NCBI RefSeq assembly: GCF_026571515.1
Contig: NW_026862116.1
Location: forward strand, 124,001-188,000
Source: Ruditapes philippinarum
Taxonomy: Eukaryota
Length of the DNA: 64,000 bases
Reading direction: 5' to 3'
A program made the translations under genes and the position numbers. This document shows positions 55,561 to 64,000 of the stretch, piece by piece; position 1 is the first letter of the stretch, and each line of letters begins with the position of its first letter. Below the pieces are notes generated by a model. It had not been told where the DNA came from. It did not search any database and saw nothing but the letters and a program-made list of their open reading frames with translations.

Positions 55561-58500
55561 GGAGTGTGTTGGAACTTATGTCCTATGTACACATTATCAG
55601 TTTACTAAGATGCGCGAATATTAACAAAGTAGCACAACGTTTACCTTCTTATTAAACATGACAAAACGAAGATTGTACAAGAAATGCGAACTTTGAGTTG
55701 TTTTACAACAATAGAATAGACAAAGCAGAATCTCTTTAGAACGCACATAACGGCAAATATTAAGAAATTGTAGGCTCGGTTTGATTGAGTTTGCTCATGT
55801 AATTCAAGTTTTATACACGGTTTTATACCAGTAAAAGCTTATATTTCACACTGTTACAGAAAGACATCGTAAAATTCAGATGCATAATTATAAAAGTAAT
55901 CAATCACATTTATGTAGTCTAGCATGGTTGTGAGTTACAAGAAATATTCAAAGCTATTAAAGCTACATCATCTTCTTTCTTACACATTTTCTAATTACAT
56001 ATATAAGTATATAATATGTAAGCTCTATACCCACTAGCAAACTTGCGGCATCAAATAGATTTATAAAAGATAAGCCTGGAAGGATAATTGGAAATTACAG
56101 AAATAAAATAATACAAAGATATTTTAGTCGGTCAAGCACTATTTGTTATTATTATGACGCAACCATATTGCACTATGTTAAGAAACCAATACGTTTTGTT
56201 AGCAAAGTTAACAAAGCATCAAGGAACCAAATCAGGTACGTACATAGCAGATTTGTGTTGATGCAAATATATAAAGTGCCGCGAAAAGAAAACATACATT
56301 TTGTTCAGAAGGAAAGACAGTAAGCACTATTTCTGAAAAATGATCAAGAACATAACTCACACTAATATAGATGATTAGTTTTTCACCGACTTACAAAATT
56401 GATGATGTTTTAATCCTAATTTGATTAATGTGTTTGATTATTTGTCAGCAATACTACATTTTGTTTCTGTTCTTGAAATAATTACCGCTTTGGAGGCATA
56501 ACCTACGTTTTTACTGCTTAGTATTTTGTTCTAATTTCTGTTGTTGTGAAAAAAGTGTGTAATGTTTGCTCGAATATAACAAAGATTTGGATCTGAATTG
56601 CAACATTCTTGTAATTTATTGATTCGTTTCATATTACTTTTGTTATTAGATCAAACAATAATGGGTTTTGCAAAAACGGAAGTTTGGTGCAGAGATTTGT
56701 TCATTATTGTCTTAGAAAATATAAAGTAAATTGGTCTCGAATTATAGAAGGTTTATAATAACCATCTTGATAATATCAAATATCGCACAACATCATACCA
56801 ACAACAAGCTGCTAATAAATTGTACATGGGTGTTATTATAAGTTTGAGATTCATAATTCAATACATTGTATTACATATTAGTATATAGCAGATAAGGAAA
56901 ATACTGACTAGATTAAATCTGTTTATCAAAATATATATCTTTTAAGATATTATGGAATGTAGACTGGATGAATTGCAACAATACGTATGTGATCTTTTTT
57001 AAAGCTTTCCTTGGAAAATATATATGAATTTCTCACTGCTTAGTATGAATAACACATAACAAGAAAATAGTCGGAACGAACAGGTATAAATAATTCAAAC
57101 TATTATTTGATGCTTATAAAGTAGAATGACCGTAGAGGTTTCATTAGCTATTGGAATCTTAGCAAATACATATATATTTTTTTCATATTGCCATGTATTT
57201 ATTTTGCATTTACATGAATACTTAATAAATGTCCAGGCTAAAATTTCATTTTTTAGGTCCCAACTGGGTAGACCCGTTTATTCGCCCCGCAATAAGTATG
57301 AGAGGGTCGTGGTTATCCCCTCATACCTTACATTATTTATACATGTATATTACATTGTAGTATTAACAAACAAAATATCCATAATAATTATACCTTAAAT
57401 TTTATCATATAAACATTATAATTAGAAAATACAAATAATCTATTTTACACATGTATGTAAGTTATTTAAAAAAGCAAAAAAACAAAACAAAAGAGAACCT
57501 CACATATATTTCATAATGGCGAATAGATATGATGAAAAACCATTAAGACAGTAATAGATTAAAATTAGCCTTTTTATTATGCAGTATGACTGATATATGA
57601 ACCTTGAAGGTACACCATCTATTTGCAGTATCATCTGGTTTTATTTTATAAAGATTATTACCATCGTACCGGTAATTATAAAGGCCACTGTATGAATAAT
57701 CCAAAACCATATGAACACAGATAACCAAACTCATGTATGTCAATCCACCACTAATGCCCATAACTGTAACTCGGTCGCCCTTTTAAATAAAATAATTTTA
57801 TATCGATTGACGATACAGGCCAAAACATTTTACGTAGGAAAACTATTCTTTCCAATAAGCTTTTTTCTTTTTCTAACTGCAGCGTATCAATTTACATCTT
57901 CATTCATGTCGGAATTCATTCATTAAACAGCGTCTTCGAGTAACATCATTTAAGTCTTACAAGGGGGATGTGAGTTTTTTTTATTTAATACAAAGACGGG
58001 TCAATTATACATTGCAATAACACATTTAGATATAGTAATACTAAAACAATTAGCAGTACTAGTCTGACAAATTGTTAAAGACCTGGGACCGCTTTCACGT
58101 AAAAGTGTTATGATACAATTGTTCCTTCTTGGTGATCGTTGTATCAATATATCTTGCAAACGTGACTGAACAATTATTTCTTTCGTGTTCGAAAGTTACA
58201 AACATGTACTAAAATATGTTTATTCAAAACTTACTCACTGTGTATATTTGTCGCGTAAAAAGACAACATTGACATAAATAACTTCACTATTCACGTATTG
58301 CCAGAAGAGTTATGAAGTAAGACGCTGCTAAATTCTATACAAAATGACCCATTTTTGAACGAAGAGAAACAGCAATATTGTCTCGAAGTGTTATTATACA
58401 TTTTGATTTATTGAATGTAGAAATATTAATATGAATATCTATGTGCGGTTTCCTGCCATAGCTACTGAGAGAATAATGATATATTATCTTCAGGGAGTCA

Positions 58501-58608
58501 GTGATCTTTGGCTTTGTTTATAGTTTTTATGTTTTCTTTCTGGAAATTACGCATATTTAATTTCCTTTACAAGGTACATGGATACATCTTCATTGAACCT
58601 TTAATCAA

Positions 58609-58789
58609 NNNNNNNNNNNNNNNNNNNNNNNNNNNNNNNNNNNNNNNNNNNNNNNNNNNNNNNNNNNNNNNNNNNNNNNNNNNNNNNNNNNNNNNNNNNN
58701 NNNNNNNNNNNNNNNNNNNNNNNNNNNNNNNNNNNNNNNNNNNNNNNNNNNNNNNNNNNNNNNNNNNNNNNNNNNNNNNNNNNNNNNNN
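58609..58789. other. Assembly gap (N run)
   Basis: Run of N. Confidence 1.
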
Positions 58790-60765
58790 ACACGCTTATA
58801 TACGCCTCAAATCAACACGCGAAAACATTTTGAAATCATAAGGTATTAACCTAATTTGAATAAAAGAATAGGAGATGGAGCAGGCGCAAAATAATGGTTA
58901 TTCGTTTGTGTGTTTAAATAACGGTAAATCTCGTTCGAGGCATAACTGTAATAATATTTAAACTTGTTGCGTGGTTGGCAAGGAGCACAGTTTCCCGTAT
59001 TTCACAGGATTATTATCATTATGATAAAGTACACTAGACAAATCAAATCAAATCACATAAGAACTGTGATGATATTTTACATTATATTAAATAAAAATGT
59101 ATAAAACAAAAACATGTCAGAAACATACTATAAAAAAATGCCTAGCTTAAACACGCATTTAAATGCAATATACACAATTATCAAAATAATCCGTTTCTCC
59201 CTTTTAATACATGTTTTAAAAGACTGTCATTATAGATCAATACAATTTTCCATCACGTTTACAAGTTATTATTTTCAAAACATAAAAAGGTTTATATGAT
59301 CAATGATAGAATGTGACACTTGACAATGACTTCATACATTCAATAATCAATACCAATTGCATTGACAATTATAAATCATTTATAGAAATTGTATTGTCCC
59401 CGGGAAACTCATAATAATTACCAATAAATGTTGAGCCATCCCCAGAGCTGTGTACAAAGTTAGGAATATGTATTGAGTTTAAATTTCACTTTGTGCAGAG
59501 ATTATTTAATCAGAGTAAAAGAAATGATTTTAAAATGATTGTCATATTAAATTGTTATTTTTTCAAAGATAAATGGAAATAAAACTTGGTTGTCGTACAT
59601 AGTTACAATCAATTAGTCTTTGTTATAACTGAACAGGCTATTGTACTTGCATTACTATCATAAATATGGTTCCATACTAAGTCTTCTCATATAGCGTGTG
59701 TTTCGAAACACCGAAATATTTTAGTTAAATTGTCACATCACTTGTGTTTTTTTATAAAAAAATGAACTGAAAGTTGAAAGTTCACTAATTTATTACCCAC
59801 ATGCGCATATGAATACACAGCTGTTTCAGTTCATGCACATGATTTAACAAAAATGCCCGTTCGTTTGGACAAGTGCCTTTTAATGTGTTTAACATTTCAT
59901 ACGCCTCCGTTAAAGGTATATGTTTTGACAAAAGTAATACGTTTTAAGGACGAGACTATCATTTCATAAAGTATGAGAAATGAAATAAACATATTTAATT
60001 CAACGTCCTGAACAAGCTCTTTTTAACATAAAATGAGCTGTGCAGTTAGAAAATGATTTAATTTCATTTATTCACGATAATTTAATTAAAGCAATTTTCT
60101 TTCGTCTTGTTTAATTGTTTTATCACCTTCACTTCTCATTAATACAAATTACTACGATTGCTTGTAAATGGCTTTGTTTTAATGTAACTTTCATCAATTA
60201 AGACACAAATCTTTATATTGTAATTAAATATGCGCGTTGAGTTTGTTTTTTCGTAAATGAAATGGAATTCCGTTGTCTAAATTTCTAAGGAGATGATGAA
60301 AATGGGACCAATGCCAAAGCATCGCTACATAACAGGCAGGAGAGTGTTAAATCTAAGTAATTCAAAAGCATAAACAAGTAAACAAAGTTATGAATACAAT
60401 AATGACAACCCGAAATATTTATCATTATAACAATAGTTAAATGTATCGCGAACATCACATAAGTTCATGTATTTTGTAAAAGAGATATATATTGTTATTT
60501 TTCTCTAATGATATACTTATCTTTGAAAGGCATGCACCAATTCATTAATTGATACTGTGTTTGCCCTTTGTTCCGGGGGGGGGGGGGTTCCTTTAATAGA
60601 TAAGGCATAAGAATTGCAGCCAGCGTTTATCCCTGCGTGATGTTAAGAGGCGAAAAAATAGGTTCCATGTACTGGAGCATATGCATCTCTAGAATGTGAG
60701 GTTTGACCACTGGTGTTGCTTTGAAGTTAGTAACACACATGGTTATTCAAAATCATCTTGTCTGC

Positions 60766-60834
60766 TTCGTCGCCATATGACCTACACTGTGTTAGTGCGC
60801 CGTAAATTTAAACTTAACAAACAAACAAACAAAA
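60766..60834 (+). mobile_element. 3' tail fragment of the 62654 SINE family
   Basis: TCGCCATATGACCTACACTGTGT...(CAAA)n matches 62858-62912. Confidence 0.8.
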
Positions 60835-62176
60835 TACTATGTGTAAATGTTTACAACTACGCATATTTAACTTCAATTTGAATAACAACACATTTTTCAG
60901 AAAAGAGAAAATGAACAAAATATTTTCTGTCTCGGTGAGAGAACCGTTTATTGTATATGGCAGATTCAACGTAAAACACTAAGTGTTAATGGAACATACT
61001 GTCATTATTCTAATCACGCACTTGTTAAAATGTCAGGACAACGTATTATAGTAAATGAAAAGTGTTTCTGACACATTGTAGTTCGTGCTCAAAACTTCTT
61101 AAATATTACATTCCTTTTGGTCGGGTTATCTGGTAATTCTAGTAAACACGATTTTATTGTATGTTTAATGTCTGTATGTCAATTTATGAAGGATTTGTTC
61201 GTTGAAGGAAATATTTAATTTTATTTATTTATTCTTACAATGACGTGCTTTTGTATTATATTACTGTAAAGTATATAGGTATTCTTAAATACAGAAGGTA
61301 AACCATTACTCGTCCTTGTTTTGAAACTAAGTTTAATCCCAATTATCAGCACATTTTTGAACATTACTTTTAAAAAGGATCTATAAAATGAACACGCTCA
61401 TGCAAAAATATGAAACATGAAAATTCAAACTAGAAACAATAACTGCCCGATGAGACTCAATCGAAACTAATAACCAAAGGATCGAAAGTTGGTGGGGTTA
61501 TTTGAGATCAAAACACTTACAGTTTTGGATAGAATTAATGAAATTTCTTCAAGATTCTGGGTACTTTTGCGGCGGCTTCCTGGACAAAAATCTGGTGCTA
61601 TTCTGTTTTACAGCTTTGCTGCAGGTAAATAGGAACTTTCATTGCGACCAAGAGACACCCGGCCGCTTAACTTTAAGGGTGGTTAATCAGATTTTGGTCA
61701 AGTTATCTATTCGTTTACCAACTTACTAGTATTCATTAAGCTTTAACTAAACATTAGATTTCTTTTGCAACCATTTTTAAACATTGATTTCCTTTTCCAT
61801 GTTGTCTAACCGAGATAACATATCAGACTAGCATATCTTGAGTAAAAATTTGATAAGCACAATATTCGCCATGAATGCTATGGAAATAAGCACTGCTGTA
61901 TTGAACATTTCAACAATATTTGCATTAACAACAAACTATTTTACGTAAATTCATGAGAAATCAAAGTTTACAAAATTATAATTGGCTCTAATCCTGTCTA
62001 TCCTGGTTACGTAACTAAGCTAGAATGAAAATAATGAAATTCCAAAGATTTAAAATTTTACTTCCAAAGAATTAAGATTATTTTGTTCCAAAGCAATAAA
62101 TTGTTTTAAAACTTCTTTTGTTTGATCTACTTGAAATATTTCATTTTTAAATATTAATAGAGAACATTCAAGTTTT

Positions 62177-62276
62177 TTTCTATAAATATAGGATTTATAT
62201 TCATCGAGTGGTATGAAAATAAATATTTCACGAGTGGCGGTATCGCAAGGTAAAATAAATCCTGTATTTATAGAAA
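62177..62276. repeat. Palindromic DNA-element remnant (Crypton-like, tentative)
   Basis: TTTCTATAAATATAGGATTTAT / ATAAATCCTGTATTTATAGAAA arms around TTCACGAGTGGCG, related to the right end of 40758-42011. Confidence 0.55.
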
Positions 62277-62653
62277 AGAACATGAATTTTCTATTTATTA
62301 TATGCCTTTTTGATCTTACAATTCTTAAGACTTCTTCTTTATTTTTGTGTATTAAAAAATTTTGATGAATTAAGAAGAAAGTAGTCCGGAGAGACACCAG
62401 TGAAAAATATTTTTAACAGTCATAATACGGAAAATGAAAATACGCATTTTATTTCATAAATATTTCTCAATATTTCATTTACAAGTATATAATAAAGTAT
62501 AAATTCGACTGAAATTGAAAGAAATAGTTAATTCGTGTCAAAGGGAGATTCTAACATATAATCTTAAAATGTAATCAATCTGTCATCTCAAAAAGAGATC
62601 TAACGATAAAACGGTTCTTTTTGTTTGCTTAATAAATTTTTAACAGAACATTT

Positions 62654-62912
62654 GTCCGTGGCCGAGTGGTTAAGGTCGTTGATTTCAAACCACTTGCCCC
62701 CTCATCGCTGTGGGTTCGAATCCCGACAGGGACTTTGGATTCTTTCATGTGAGGAAGCTATCCAGCTAGCTTACGGAACGTCGGTGGTTCTACTCAGGTG
62801 CCCGTTCGTGCCTGAAATAATGCACAGAAGGGCACTCCACCAGTAAAGCTGGAACTTTCGCCGAATGACCTATACTGTGTCGGTGTGACGTAAAACCCAA
62901 ACAAACAAACAA
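62654..62912 (+). mobile_element. Near full-length tRNA-derived SINE (probably V-SINE superfamily)
   Basis: A box TGGCCGAGTGG 62659-62669, B box GGTTCGAATCC 62713-62723, GTCGGTGGTTCT-type core, (CAAA)n tail. Confidence 0.88.
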
Positions 62913-63960
62913 TTGGATATCAACTTTGTATGTGGATATATGCACTCGTTCTTCCGCGGATAGTATTGCGTAAAGTCGTGCAATATTACCACTGCAGAAC
63001 TCGTGCATATATCCACATACAAAGTAAATAACCAATAATTATTCAAGGAATAGTTCACCCTTTCGTCGGCATTCCCGTAAAGCGTTTGTCCAAGTGTGCG
63101 TTTAAGTCCATTGATTTCCAAACTTGTTTACAATAATGTCTTTTACCAAAAGACAGCAGTAAGTAACTCTGTCGAGCTTTATATTAGGCATATGGTAACC
63201 CCTTTGTCATAAGATTTATTCAGTCTGAATAGGAATGAAATACCTAAAAAAAAATAAGAAATTAAGAATTATTGTAAAATAGAATTTGGGTAGGGTTGGC
63301 CAGGCTTGGTATTTCGTTTTAAAGTATATTCAATAAATTACCCCTATAACAACTGAATATGTTGCAGTGAAATCTTAACATACATCAACGAGATCAATAA
63401 ATTTAAGACACACATCAATACCCTTAACTGGCTTCCATTTTCGTTTCAACTTTTGCGTGCATTGGCATTTCCATTTTCTTTTCAAGTTTTGCGTGCAATG
63501 GCATATCTCCACAATAATTGAAGACATTCAAGTGAAACTTCAAGGGGTAAAATATTTGGGCACACAAGTCTCATAACTCTGGCTTACAATTTAACCGAAT
63601 TATGCCCCCTTTTTGACTTAAAAATTGCGTTCAAGGGCATTTCTCAATACTTATGAAATACAGAATTTCATGGTCAGCTCAGGGCACACTTTATGCCCCA
63701 TTATAAGTCAAGCTTGTCCTATTTCATAATAGTTCTTGTTGGTCAGACACCGAGAACGGAGAATCATCAGTCTAGCGCGCTGTCTACGGATAGCTCTTAT
63801 ATTAAATGGTAGTGTTTTGCGTTATCATCAAAAAGTACACTGTAACAAGTTATCTAAGGTACAGTTACATTGAAAAAAAGAAACTAATAAGAAGAGTGAA
63901 ATGATTGCATTTTTTATTTTTTAAAAATACCTACAAATACATGTATTTCCGTATTTCAGG

Positions 63961-64000
63961 ATGAAACTTGATACAGCCATGGAAATGTGGAATGCTCATA
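63961..64000 (+). CDS. Possible first coding exon of a downstream gene (MKLDTAMEMWNAH...), truncated by the window edge
   Basis: Acceptor GTATTTCCGTATTTCAG|G directly followed by ATG; only this frame stays open to the window end. Confidence 0.4.
   Translation, partial: MKLDTAMEMWNAH

Noticed and set aside
58508-58849. ORFs spanning the N run
   Set aside because: Artefacts of the assembly gap.
62654-62730. tRNA gene
   Set aside because: A/B boxes are present but continue into a SINE body and (CAAA)n tail, with other fragments in the window; no clean cloverleaf.

Overview
AT-rich eukaryotic, largely intergenic DNA. The repeat types (HINE/Helentron-type elements with internal satellites, tRNA-derived SINEs, Naiad-type Penelope-like elements) point to a bivalve mollusc; that taxon call is inference. 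I found no intact protein-coding gene, and almost all ORFs in the supplied track look spurious. Recognisable content: (1) a frameshifted multi-exon coiled-coil + BEN-domain gene (20158-23129); (2) a 3.7-kb tandem/inverted cluster (24148-27878) made of a Penelope-like (Naiad-type) RT C-terminus, its 3'UTR/pseudo-LTR, and a second highly structured tandem non-coding unit (called 'B' here); (3) decayed L2/CR1-group LINEs, several SINEs, MITEs and two satellite-bearing HINEs; (4) colinear, same-orientation ancient non-coding duplicated blocks spread over the window; (5) a probable first coding exon at the extreme right end. The best candidate novelty is that the Penelope-like pseudo-LTR reconstructs by hand to a complete type-P5 twister ribozyme. 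Here it is split in its P1 loop by a 639-bp insertion that carries a retrozyme-like pseudoknotted RNA unit. All structures were paired by eye and need computational and experimental confirmation.
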